DNA of 53,370 bases from Eubacteriales bacterium. Lineage in GTDB: Bacteria; Bacillota; Clostridia; Oscillospirales; CAG-272. The notes below the pieces were generated by a model that saw nothing but the letters and a program-made list of their open reading frames with translations, was not told the DNA's origin and ran no database searches. The DNA lies in assembly GCA_045133915.1 (NCBI GenBank), contig JBGUUX010000070.1, forward strand, positions 1 to 53,370, in the 5' to 3' direction. Below are positions 44,532-53,361 of this stretch, one piece after another; the first letter of the stretch is position 1; each line of letters opens with the position of its first letter. A program made the position numbers and the translations under genes.

Positions 44532-45680
44532 ATGATCATCAACACGCCGCCTATGGGCTGGAACTCCTGGAATACCTTTGGTCATAACCTAAACGAGGAG
44601 CTCATAAAGGAAATGGCTGACGTTATGGTAGCAGACGGCTATCTTGACGCAGGCTATGAATATCTTGTAATTGACGATTGCTGGCAGGCTGACACCCGTG
44701 ACAGAAACGGCAGACTTGCTCCCGATAAGAATAAATTTCCCAACGGTATGAAGGCAGTAGCCGACTACGTTCATTCTAAGGGACTTAAGTTCGGTATCTA
44801 TTCCTGCGCAGGACAGCTTACCTGCGAGGGTTTCCCCGGAAGCTATGAGCATGAGTTTATAGATGCCGAGACCTTTGCCGAATGGGGAGTGGACTTTTTA
44901 AAGTACGATTTCTGCTTTAAGCCTAAGGGGGCAGATACGGCGTGTCTCTACCGCCGTATGGGTATGGCACTTGCCAACTGCGGACGTGATATACTCTTTT
45001 CGGCTTGCTCCTGGGGAGCAGAGGAGACCAGAAAGTGGGCAAAGACCACGGGTGCTCATATGTGGCGTTCTACAGGGGATATCGTTGATTCCGCCGCATC
45101 TATCAAGGATCACGCTAACGTGATAGACCGTGACCTCAAATATACTTCTACTTCCTCGTACGCTGATTTTGATATGCTTGTTGTAGGTATGCACGGCGAG
45201 GGCAACGTAGGTGTAGGCGGCGCTACAGACGAAATGTACCGCAGTCACTTCACCTTCTGGGCACAGATGAGTTCACCTCTTATGATAGGCGCAGATCTCC
45301 GCAAGGTTAACGAGTATACAAAGCAGACCCTTCTTAATAAGGACATAATAGCCATAAACAAAGAAAGCTACTGGCAGCCCTACGAGATAGGACAGATAGG
45401 AAGCTGGAATCCTAAGGGAAACCCCGTATACTGTAAGCTTCTCTCTACAGGAGAGCTTGCTATCGGTATATATAACTTCTATGAGGATGAAGCCAATCTC
45501 TCCACACCTCTTGACCGTATCGGTCTTAATATGTCAACGGGCAAGACTCTTGAGATGACAGAGATATGGTCAGGGCAGAAGGAGATAGTACATAACGGCG
45601 TACATAAGGTAAAGATCGAGCCCTGGGGCTGTAAGCTTTACCGTTGCCGTATAGTTGATCTGCAGTATGGCGATATGTAA
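44532..45680 (+). CDS. alpha-galactosidase, glycoside hydrolase family 27
   Basis: PPMGWNSWNTF, YLVIDDCW and LKYDFC are hallmark GH27 motifs. No signal peptide. Confidence 0.9.
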   Translation: MIINTPPMGWNSWNTFGHNLNEELIKEMADVMVADGYLDAGYEYLVIDDCWQADTRDRNGRLAPDKNKFPNGMKAVADYVHSKGLKFGIYSCAGQLTCEGFPGSYEHEFIDAETFAEWGVDFLKYDFCFKPKGADTACLYRRMGMALANCGRDILFSACSWGAEETRKWAKTTGAHMWRSTGDIVDSAASIKDHANVIDRDLKYTSTSSYADFDMLVVGMHGEGNVGVGGATDEMYRSHFTFWAQMSSPLMIGADLRKVNEYTKQTLLNKDIIAINKESYWQPYEIGQIGSWNPKGNPVYCKLLSTGELAIGIYNFYEDEANLSTPLDRIGLNMSTGKTLEMTEIWSGQKEIVHNGVHKVKIEPWGCKLYRCRIVDLQYGDM

Positions 45681-45864
45681 TAAATGCGGTCGTGAGCTCC
45701 ATAAGGACGAAAAGGCAATATATAAAAGACTTATCAACCGTGCCGCAACCGAGGACGATCTGCTTTGTAAAAGCTGCTTGGCAGAGCATCTGTGTGTCAC
45801 CGAATCTGTAATTGATGAAAAAATCAAGCATTTTAGAGATATCGGATGTACGTTATTTATGTGA
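45667..45864 (+). CDS. small (65 aa) CxxC...CxxC zinc-ribbon-like hypothetical protein
   Basis: MAICNKCGRE...LLCKSCLAEH. ATG 45667 overlaps the last 14 nt of the GH27 gene and is followed by a terminator. No clear RBS. Confidence 0.45.
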   Translation: MAICNKCGRELHKDEKAIYKRLINRAATEDDLLCKSCLAEHLCVTESVIDEKIKHFRDIGCTLFM

Positions 45865-45872
45865 GTAATAAA

Positions 45873-45898
45873 AAGGAGACAGCGTTTGCTGTCTCCTT
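45873..45898. terminator. bidirectional hairpin terminator
   Basis: AAGGAGACAGC-GTTT-GCTGTCTCCTT. Confidence 0.7.
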
Positions 45899-46868
45899 AA
45901 ATTTTACCAAGCTGTCTTAAGATCAGGTAGGTAGTATATAGTACGTAGGTCAGTACCATTGTTACACCCAGACCTCTGCCGACCTTCTTCTTTATTGCTA
46001 TAGGGATAAAGAATATAACCGATATAGCGAGCAGGATACCTATATCATAGATATAAGTGGTGCTTACGTTCATAGGAAGGATAGTTGCGGAGGTGCCGAG
46101 AATAAGCAGGATATTGAATATGTTGGAGCCTACCACGTTACCTACCGCAATGTCAGACTCGCCCTTCTTTGCCGCTACGATAGAGGTAACCAACTCAGGC
46201 AGGGAAGTACCCAGGGCAACTACGGTAAGACCTATAAGCGCCTCACTTAAGCCGAAGAAGCGTGCGATCTCCTTTGCTCCGTCTACGGTCATATCACCGC
46301 CGATGATGATACCCGCAAGTCCGAGAGCGGTGAGGATAAGGGTAAGCCATAAGGGCTTGCGCTTTTCCTCGGTTTCCTCAGATTCTGCCTCGTCACGGTT
46401 CTTTAAGCCCTCGCGGATAACAAGGAACATAAATCCCGCAAAGCAGAGAAGGAGTATGATACCGTCTATACGGCCTATGGTCATATTTTCGGCGCCGAAC
46501 ACCTTGTCCAGGCAGAATATACCCAGCAACAGGGTTATAAAAAGTGAGATAGGATAATCAACCTTGATGATAGACTTCTGAACGATAACAGGTGTTATCG
46601 CAGCGCTTGCGCCAAGTACTACAAGAGTGTTGAAGATGTTTGATCCAACAACGTTACCGATAGCAATGTCGTTAGAGCCCTTGAGGGCGGCAGTCATACT
46701 TACTGCAAGTTCGGGCGCACTTGTACCGAAGGCTACTATTGTCAAGCCGATAACGATACTGGGTATGCGGAGCTTTTTTGCTATATCAGAAGCACCGTCC
46801 ACAAAATAATCGGCACCTTTAACAAGAAGGGCAAAACCGATAACTAAAAATATAATTGCTTTTATCAT
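45897..46868 (-). CDS. Ca2+/Na+ antiporter (CaCA/YrbG family)
   Basis: ATG 46868 follows AGGTGA. Two alpha-repeats GTSAPELAVS and GTSLPELVTS, and GNVVGSNIFN occurs twice. Confidence 0.9.
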   Translation of the reverse strand: MIKAIIFLVIGFALLVKGADYFVDGASDIAKKLRIPSIVIGLTIVAFGTSAPELAVSMTAALKGSNDIAIGNVVGSNIFNTLVVLGASAAITPVIVQKSIIKVDYPISLFITLLLGIFCLDKVFGAENMTIGRIDGIILLLCFAGFMFLVIREGLKNRDEAESEETEEKRKPLWLTLILTALGLAGIIIGGDMTVDGAKEIARFFGLSEALIGLTVVALGTSLPELVTSIVAAKKGESDIAVGNVVGSNIFNILLILGTSATILPMNVSTTYIYDIGILLAISVIFFIPIAIKKKVGRGLGVTMVLTYVLYTTYLILRQLGKI

Positions 46869-46936
46869 ATAATCACCTTGAAATGTTGCAAGGAAAAAAT
46901 CAAAGGGATGCATGGAGCATCCCTTTAAATTTGATC

Positions 46937-47113
46937 TTACTTGTACTTACGCTTTCTAGCAGCTTCAGACTTCTTCTTACGCTTAACGCTAGGCTTTTCG
47001 TAATGCTCTCTCTTACGGAGCTCTGCGAGTACACCGCTTCTTGCGCACTGTCTCTTGAATCTACGAAGAGCGCTGTCTAAAGATTCATTATCCTTTACTT
47101 TAATTTCTGCCAT
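46937..47113 (-). CDS. rpsU: 30S ribosomal protein S21
   Basis: [29 protein letters not shown]...; ATG 47113 follows GAGGGGAGGG. Confidence 0.95.
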   Translation of the reverse strand: MAEIKVKDNESLDSALRRFKRQCARSGVLAELRKREHYEKPSVKRKKKSEAARKRKYK

Positions 47114-47163
47114 TTTCAACCCTCCCCTCGCTTGTCCAAAGAGATCTTAAAATTTACCATACA

Positions 47164-47192
47164 ATTATACACTAACTTTTAAATTATGTCAA
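47164..47192 (-). promoter_or_regulatory. candidate rpsU promoter (TTGACA, 17 nt spacer, TATAAT)
   Basis: Reverse strand: consensus -35 at 47192-47187 and consensus -10 at 47169-47164. Confidence 0.65.
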
Positions 47193-47220
47193 TAGGTTTA
47201 TTGAAATAAAATTGATATAA

Positions 47221-47295
47221 TTGTACAAAAATTACATTTTGTGTGATTTGTAGAACTGAGCTCTCCTGCACAGTATGGCAGGGGCGAATCGCCCC
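47221..47295 (-). repeat. stop-codon-abutting repeat element, copy E5 (GGGGCG subfamily)
   Basis: The minus strand reads TAA-GGGGCGATTCGCCCC-TGCCATACTGTGCA...TACAAATCACACAAAATG. Closely parallels the copy at 53285-53361. Confidence 0.75.
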
Positions 47296-49719
47296 TTATT
47301 TTGCAACGATGTTTACCAGCTTACCGGGGACGTAGATCTCCTTAACGATGTTCTTGCCGTCAATAAAGGACTTTACGTTCTCGTTTTCCTTGGCGGAAGC
47401 AATGATAGCATCCTTTGCATCGTCAACTGCGATCATCATAGTACCTCTGAGCTTACCGTTGACCTGAATTGCGATCTCAACGGTGTTGTCAACAGTCTTT
47501 GCTTCATCATATACAGGCCATGCTGCAAGAGAGAGCAGACCTTCGCCGCCAAACTCGCTCCAGATCTCCTCAGTAAGGTGAGGAGCAAAGGGGTTAAGCA
47601 GGGTGATAAGAGTTTTAAGCTCGTCTACAGATGCGTTGCCGCGTGCGTAGAGGTCGTTTGTAAGGGACATCATAGCAGCGATAGCGGTATTGAACTTCAT
47701 CGCATCTATATCCTCGGTAACCTTCTTGATAGTCTTGTGGAAGGTGGACTCAAGGTCTGCGCCGTATCCGGTCTTTGTCTCGTCTATCATATTACGGAGG
47801 TTTGCTACACGGTCAAGGAACTTCTTACAACCCTTGATGCTCTCTGTAGACCAGGGAGCAGACTTTTCAAAGTCACCGATAAACATCTCGTAGAGTCTGA
47901 GTGTATCTGCGCCGTACTCAGCAATAACGTCGTCGGGATTGATTACGTTACCTCTGGACTTGGACATCTTTTCGCCGTTAGCACCAAGGATCATACCGTG
48001 TGCAGTACGCTTGAGGTAAGGCTCCTTGCAGGAAAGTACGCCGATATCGTAGAGGAACTTAGCCCAGAAACGGGAGTAGAGCAGATGGAGAGTTACGTGC
48101 TCCATACCGCCGTTGTACCAGTCAACGGGCATCCAGTAGTCAAGTGCTTCCTTAGCAGCACAAGCCTCTGTGTTGTTAGGATCACAGTAACGCATGAAGT
48201 ACCAGGAGCTACCTGCCCAGTTAGGCATGGTATCTGTCTCACGCTGAGCGGGGCCTCCGCAGTGAGGACAGGTGGTGTTTACCCAGTCTGTACACTTGGA
48301 CAGAGGAGATTCACCTGTGTCTGTAGGCTCGTAAGCGTCAACGTCGGGAAGCATAAGAGGAAGCTGATCCTCGGGCAGGGGAACCCAGCCGCACTTCTCG
48401 CAGTATACCATAGGAACGGGTTCGCCCCAGTATCTCTGACGGGAGAATACCCAGTCACGGAGCTTATAGTTTACCTTCTTATGACCGAGACCCTCGGACT
48501 CAAGCCATTCGATTATCTTAACCTTTGCATCAGCTACTTCAAGACCGTCAAGGAATCCGGAGTTGACCATCTTGCCGCTCTCAACGTCGGTAAATGCTTC
48601 GTTCTGAACGTCGCCGCCTGCAACTACCTCGATGATGGGAAGCTCAAACTTCTTTGCAAACTCCCAGTCACGGGTATCGTGTGCGGGAACTGCCATGATA
48701 GCGCCTGTACCGTAGGTTGCAAGAACGTAGTCGGAGATGTAGATGGGTATCTCCTTGCCGTTTACTGGATTGATAGCGTGAACACCCATGAGGCGTACAC
48801 CTGTCTTATCCTTTGCAAGCTCTGTTCTCTCAAAGTCGCTCTTCTTTGCAGCTTCCTTCTGATATGCCTGAATCTCGTCGAGGTTTGTCAGCTTGTCAGC
48901 CCACTTCTCTATAAGAGCGTGCTCGGGAGAAATAACCATGTATGTTGCACCGAAAAGGGTGTCGGGACGGGTTGTATATACGATGATCTCATCGCCCTCA
49001 GAGGACTTAAAGTTAACCTCTGCGCCCTCACTTCTGCCGATCCAGTTGATCTCCTGGGTCTTTACTCTCTCAATAAAGTCAAGGTCTGCAAGGTCGTCGA
49101 TAAGACGCTGAGCGTACTCGGTGATCTTGAGCATCCACTGGCTCTTAACCTTGTGAACAACCTCGCTGCCGCAACGCTCACATACGCCGTTAACAACCTC
49201 TTCGTTTGCAAGAACAACCTTACAGGAGGTACAGAAGTTAACGTTCATTTCCTTCTTATATGCAAGACCGTGCTTGTAGAGCTGAAGGAATATCCACTGT
49301 GTCCACTTGTAGTACTCGGGAGAGGATGTATTGATCTCACGGGACCAGTCAAAGCTGAGACCCAGAGCCTGAAGCTGGCTCTTGAAGCGGGCAACGTTTC
49401 TCTCGGTTACGATGGTAGGATGGATGTGGTTCTTGATAGCATAGTTCTCGGTAGGCAGACCAAAAGCGTCCCAACCGATGGGGTAGAGAACGTTGTAGCC
49501 CTGCATTCTCTTCTTACGGGAAACTATGTCAAGAGCGGTATAAGGTCTGGGATGGCCGATGTGGAGTCCCTGTCCGGAAGGGTAAGGGAACTCAACAAGC
49601 GCAAAATACTTGGGCTTGGAATAGTCTGTGGTAGCTTCAAAAGCCTTCTTGTCAGCCCATTCCTTCTGCCACTTTGAGTCTATTTTAGAAAACTCGTATC
49701 TGTTGTCGAACTTACTCAT
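47296..49719 (-). CDS. leuS: leucine--tRNA ligase
   Basis: About 807 aa with HIGH ([13 protein letters not shown]) and KMSKS. ATG 49719 ([10 protein letters not shown]) overlaps the rsfS stop by 8 nt. Confidence 0.97.
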   Translation of the reverse strand: MSKFDNRYEFSKIDSKWQKEWADKKAFEATTDYSKPKYFALVEFPYPSGQGLHIGHPRPYTALDIVSRKKRMQGYNVLYPIGWDAFGLPTENYAIKNHIHPTIVTERNVARFKSQLQALGLSFDWSREINTSSPEYYKWTQWIFLQLYKHGLAYKKEMNVNFCTSCKVVLANEEVVNGVCERCGSEVVHKVKSQWMLKITEYAQRLIDDLADLDFIERVKTQEINWIGRSEGAEVNFKSSEGDEIIVYTTRPDTLFGATYMVISPEHALIEKWADKLTNLDEIQAYQKEAAKKSDFERTELAKDKTGVRLMGVHAINPVNGKEIPIYISDYVLATYGTGAIMAVPAHDTRDWEFAKKFELPIIEVVAGGDVQNEAFTDVESGKMVNSGFLDGLEVADAKVKIIEWLESEGLGHKKVNYKLRDWVFSRQRYWGEPVPMVYCEKCGWVPLPEDQLPLMLPDVDAYEPTDTGESPLSKCTDWVNTTCPHCGGPAQRETDTMPNWAGSSWYFMRYCDPNNTEACAAKEALDYWMPVDWYNGGMEHVTLHLLYSRFWAKFLYDIGVLSCKEPYLKRTAHGMILGANGEKMSKSRGNVINPDDVIAEYGADTLRLYEMFIGDFEKSAPWSTESIKGCKKFLDRVANLRNMIDETKTGYGADLESTFHKTIKKVTEDIDAMKFNTAIAAMMSLTNDLYARGNASVDELKTLITLLNPFAPHLTEEIWSEFGGEGLLSLAAWPVYDEAKTVDNTVEIAIQVNGKLRGTMMIAVDDAKDAIIASAKENENVKSFIDGKNIVKEIYVPGKLVNIVAK

Positions 49720-50110
49720 TTGTTTCTTCTTCCTTCTGTATATACTGTTCAATGTCTACGACCTCGGAGTCGTTCCAAAGCTTTTCAAGATTATAGAATT
49801 CGCGGCTTTCACGGTTGAAGATGTGAACTATAACGGATGCATAGTCCATAACTATCCATGAAGCTTCGCTGAATCCCTCTATAGAGGTGGGAGCAAGACC
49901 CTTCTCGGATGTCTTCATATCAAGCTCGTCAGCAAGAGCTTTGATCTGTGTGTTGGAGTTACCTGTACAGATAACAAAATAATCGGTAATAGTGGTCTGA
50001 TCCTTAACGTGGAGCAGCTTGATGTTGTGAGCCTTTTTGTTGTAAAGTATATTTACTATTTCCTTTGCAAGTTCAAGAGGCTCTTTGTGAGATAAAATTT
50101 TTTCGTTCAT
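49712..50110 (-). CDS. rsfS: ribosome silencing factor RsfS (iojap)
   Basis: 132 aa with the typical [20 protein letters not shown] and [14 protein letters not shown] motifs. Confidence 0.92.
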   Translation of the reverse strand: MNEKILSHKEPLELAKEIVNILYNKKAHNIKLLHVKDQTTITDYFVICTGNSNTQIKALADELDMKTSEKGLAPTSIEGFSEASWIVMDYASVIVHIFNRESREFYNLEKLWNDSEVVDIEQYIQKEEETNE

Positions 50111-50138
50111 TTCTTTCTCCGGAATAAAAATTATTTAA

Positions 50139-50166
50139 TGCAGAATGCAGAGTGCAGAATGCAGAA
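50139..50166. repeat. four tandem heptamers TGCAGAA/TGCAGAG/TGCAGAA/TGCAGAA
   Basis: Read directly from the sequence. Located 29-56 nt upstream of the rsfS ATG. Confidence 0.9.
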
Positions 50167-50319
50167 TTATGGTGGGAAAGAGTTGCAGGCAACTCTTTCC
50201 TCCATTATATTTTAACTAAATTTGGTGCGCTTTAATCGGGTTTATCTAACCTCAACCTCGTGTGGTGACTTGCAAAAACAACTTACTTCACCCGATTAAA
50301 GGGTTAAGAGGCTTTGCCC

Positions 50320-51477
50320 TTACCAAGCGTGGTTGATGTCGATACCGCCCTGCTGAATATCGTCAGCTCCAAGTACACCCTCAAACTCTTCTGTTGAATA
50401 GTAGATAGAGTTTACACCGTTGTGGGTGGTAAGTGTGAAGTTGAGATCCTTATCGAAGCTTGTCTCAGGAATATCGGTATCAAAGAGATTGTAATTCTCG
50501 TTTATGATCTTATACATAGCAGCTCTGTGGATAACAACGTAGGAGCCGCGGTTATATGTGATAGGTGTGTTGGGTGCGGTAAACATAGTGATGTTAGAGA
50601 AGTCCATCTGCATTGCTTCCTTAACAAAGTATGCCGCATCGCTGACAGAAAGGGAGTGCTCAAGGTTGTTAAGTATAGCTGTAACAACGGGAACAACGTT
50701 TGTAATAGATATCTTATTTTTGAAGGATTCCATAAATGCTGTCATAAAGAGCTTCTGCGCATCCTGTCTGCCAAGGTCACCCTCAACGTAGCTTGCACGG
50801 AAACGTACGAACTGCTGTGCCATATCTCCGTCAAGTGTCTGCTGACCCTCGTAAAGGTTAATGTGGAGAGGGGGATTCTGATATATGTCGTCGTACTTCA
50901 TACGGAAGGGTACGTACATATCAACGCCGCCGATGGCATCAACTATAGCGCCGAATCCCTCAAGGTTCATGTAAGCGTAGAAGTCGATATTGATAGCAAG
51001 ATTTGAGGCAAGTGTCTGTGCAAGACCCTTCATACCGTCGTTGATTCTACCTTCGTCATTGGAAGCGGAAGATGCGTTATAGAATGTACCGAATACGGAA
51101 TTGAGCTTTCGGGGAGTTCCGTCAAGGGTGATAAAGGTATCACGGGGCATCTGCATAATGGTCATGGAATCGTCATCAAGGTCAAGGTTGACGATCATCA
51201 TAACGTCTGTGTTAAGAGCTACTATGTCTCTACCTACAACAAGGAAGTTGTAGGAACCTTCCTCACGTTTAACGGGGGTAGCGTTGGGGGTGTTTGCTTC
51301 GTCGTTCTGCCAGGGAGTGTTTGTGTCAACTGCGGGAGCAGTCTCCATCATGTTATCAACGACCGCATATGCGATCATACCGCCGATTGCAAGTACAAGG
51401 AGTACTATAAGTACGATAAGCAGGGCCTTGGAGCCGCCGCGCTTTCTCTTAGGTGTTCTTAAATTTTTCTTACTCAT
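50320..51477 (-). CDS. LytR-CpsA-Psr (LCP) family cell-envelope phosphotransferase
   Basis: N-terminal TM helix, then FLVVGRD...TDVMMIVNLD...MQMPRDT, typical of the LCP domain. Confidence 0.85.
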   Translation of the reverse strand: MSKKNLRTPKRKRGGSKALLIVLIVLLVLAIGGMIAYAVVDNMMETAPAVDTNTPWQNDEANTPNATPVKREEGSYNFLVVGRDIVALNTDVMMIVNLDLDDDSMTIMQMPRDTFITLDGTPRKLNSVFGTFYNASSASNDEGRINDGMKGLAQTLASNLAINIDFYAYMNLEGFGAIVDAIGGVDMYVPFRMKYDDIYQNPPLHINLYEGQQTLDGDMAQQFVRFRASYVEGDLGRQDAQKLFMTAFMESFKNKISITNVVPVVTAILNNLEHSLSVSDAAYFVKEAMQMDFSNITMFTAPNTPITYNRGSYVVIHRAAMYKIINENYNLFDTDIPETSFDKDLNFTLTTHNGVNSIYYSTEEFEGVLGADDIQQGGIDINHAW

Positions 51478-52085
51478 TTTATAACCTCGCTGTTCTTCAA
51501 TAAGTAGTTTCTTGCTTTTACCGTTTCAATTGCTATCTCTCTGCCTGTGCGCAGAAGATAACTTATGGTTCCGTCAAGGGACTTGACGATAGCTCGGTCA
51601 AGCAGTTTTTTCGGATCGTTGTTTGCCACGTTGTTATGGAAGAAGTCTCTTAGCTCCATGCAGGATTCGTGCTTTCGGGTAGCTTCGGTAGAATCTGCAA
51701 GGAAGAGTATCTTCTGCTTCAATGTCATGTTTTCTCTGCCTGTGGTATGTGTGTCTATAAGTTCTTTTACCTCATCGGTACAAACCGAAGGGAAGAGCTT
51801 ATGAGCAAACACACCGCCTGTCAGAGAGTGGAACAAAGCAGGGGTAGAAAGATATGCTTTGTCAAACTCTATATTATAAACCCGACATATGGAGATATGC
51901 TCGTCGGGAGTTTTTTCTTTTGTAATATCGTGAAAAAGCGCAGCGCGGTACAGTATATCGCGTTCATGCTCACATAAGCCGAAGATGTCGGCGTAATACA
52001 TACATTCTTCTGCTACAGCCAAAGTATGCGAATAACGCTTATCACTTAGGTTCTTTTTTAAATATTCCTTAATTTCACTGTACAT
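51474..52085 (-). CDS. yqeK: HD-domain phosphohydrolase YqeK (bis(5'-nucleosyl)-tetraphosphatase family)
   Basis: RYSHTLAVAEE...LFHDITKE. Conserved position after nadD. Confidence 0.85.
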   Translation of the reverse strand: MYSEIKEYLKKNLSDKRYSHTLAVAEECMYYADIFGLCEHERDILYRAALFHDITKEKTPDEHISICRVYNIEFDKAYLSTPALFHSLTGGVFAHKLFPSVCTDEVKELIDTHTTGRENMTLKQKILFLADSTEATRKHESCMELRDFFHNNVANNDPKKLLDRAIVKSLDGTISYLLRTGREIAIETVKARNYLLKNSEVIK

Positions 52086-52671
52086 ACAGTTCGTTTTCCT
52101 CTATATAACGGGATACAGCCTCGGGAAGATAAGGCGTTTTGTCTAAGGCGTTACGTATAAGTGTGGAGGAAAGCTCAAGAGGCTTCATTTTTAACTCCTC
52201 TATACGGAAACCGTATTCTGACTTTAACATTTTTATCTGTTCTTCTATGTCAGCATCAAGGTCTCTGTCGTACTCTCGTCTTGTGTATACAAGGGTTGCC
52301 AGCTTCGCAATCTCATCACAGCGGTACCACTGATGCATACAGAGAAGCATGTCTGTTCCGCATAGAAAGTACAAGTCAACGTCGGGAGAGCTGAAATGTC
52401 CAAGTGTCTCGACCGAATAGCTTTTACCATCTTTTTCTAACTCATACGCGGATACCTCAATTCCCTCGATACCGTCAAAAGCAAGCTTGAGCATATTAAG
52501 ACGGTGAAGGGGAGTGTCACCCTTGGGCATATCCTTGTGGGGAGCAATGTTTGCAGGGATGATAAGAAGCTTATCAAGTCCGAACTGTCTTTTAAATTCC
52601 AGAGCCGCACCTATGTGTCCGTTGTGTACAGGCGCATAGGTGCCTCCGTATATACCTAATTTAATTTTCAT
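52075..52671 (-). CDS. nadD: nicotinate-nucleotide adenylyltransferase
   Basis: GIYGGTYAPVHNGHI ((T/H)xGH motif) and the SSTLIR motif. Confidence 0.92.
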   Translation of the reverse strand: MKIKLGIYGGTYAPVHNGHIGAALEFKRQFGLDKLLIIPANIAPHKDMPKGDTPLHRLNMLKLAFDGIEGIEVSAYELEKDGKSYSVETLGHFSSPDVDLYFLCGTDMLLCMHQWYRCDEIAKLATLVYTRREYDRDLDADIEEQIKMLKSEYGFRIEELKMKPLELSSTLIRNALDKTPYLPEAVSRYIEENELYVQ

Positions 52672-53275
52672 TAATTGCCTTTATAAACTCTTTTGCAAAG
52701 AGCTTCATCGCATTGGCACGGTGGCTGACAGAGTTCTTCTCCTCCTGTGTCATCTCGGCGAAGGTCTTACCGATAGAAGGAACGAAGAAGAGAGGGTCGT
52801 AGCCAAAGCCTCCGTCTCCCTGATATTCGGTAAGTATCATACCCTCGCACTTACCCTCGCAAACGATCTCACGTCCGTCGGGGAATACACATGCAATGGC
52901 GGAAACAAAGCGGGAGGTTTTTTCCTCGGGCTTGTAGTCCTTTAATTTACCCAGCAGCTTCTCGTTGTTGGCGTGGTCGCCAAGCTCGTCTCCTGCGTGG
53001 TCTACCGCATATCTTGCAGAGTAAACACCGGGCTCACCGTCAAGCACGTCTACCATAAGTCCCGAGTCATCCGCAATAATGGGATAATCGCACTTAGGAG
53101 CTTTGCACTTGATAAGGGCGTTTGCCGCAAAGGTGTCACCATCCTCAACTATGTCACCGTAGAATCCTACGTCGTCAAGGGAGAGAACGGTAATATCCTT
53201 ACCGCAGAGCTCTGAGAGCAGACCCTGCATCTCAACTATCTTTTTCTTATTTCTTGATGCTAATACTACTTTCAT
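52661..53275 (-). CDS. rdgB: XTP/dITP diphosphatase (RdgB/HAM1 family)
   Basis: ASRNKKKIVEM, ADDSGL, GFGYDPLF and SHRANA motifs. Confidence 0.9.
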   Translation of the reverse strand: MKVVLASRNKKKIVEMQGLLSELCGKDITVLSLDDVGFYGDIVEDGDTFAANALIKCKAPKCDYPIIADDSGLMVDVLDGEPGVYSARYAVDHAGDELGDHANNEKLLGKLKDYKPEEKTSRFVSAIACVFPDGREIVCEGKCEGMILTEYQGDGGFGYDPLFFVPSIGKTFAEMTQEEKNSVSHRANAMKLFAKEFIKAINEN

Positions 53276-53284
53276 AAATACTAT

Positions 53285-53361
53285 AGACCTTATATATCAA
53301 TATTGCGTGTGATTTGTACCGCTGTGCTTAAGTGCGCAGTATAGCCGGGGCGCTTCGCCCC
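53285..53361 (-). repeat. stop-codon-abutting repeat element, copy E6 (GGGGCG subfamily)
   Basis: The minus strand reads (GAGGAA)TAA-GGGGCGAAGCGCCCC-GGCTATACTGCGCA...GTACAAATCACACGCAATA. The upstream gene is off the window; only its last two codons and stop (53370-53362) are visible. Confidence 0.7.

Noticed and set aside
47275-49677. 800-aa ORF on the + strand
   Set aside because: It is exactly antisense to, and in codon register with, leuS, which has unmistakable HIGH and KMSKS motifs. Its translation is low-complexity (rich in V, C, L and G), and it has no RBS. It is a shadow ORF produced by avoidance of TTA, CTA and TCA codons.
50111-50200. Possible leader peptide or attenuator (AUGGAGGAAAGAGUUGCC... 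12 codons) and a CRISPR-like reading of the heptamers
   Set aside because: The mini-ORF has no RBS, and the heptamers translate without a start codon. The repeats are 7 nt with no spacers, so this is not a CRISPR array.
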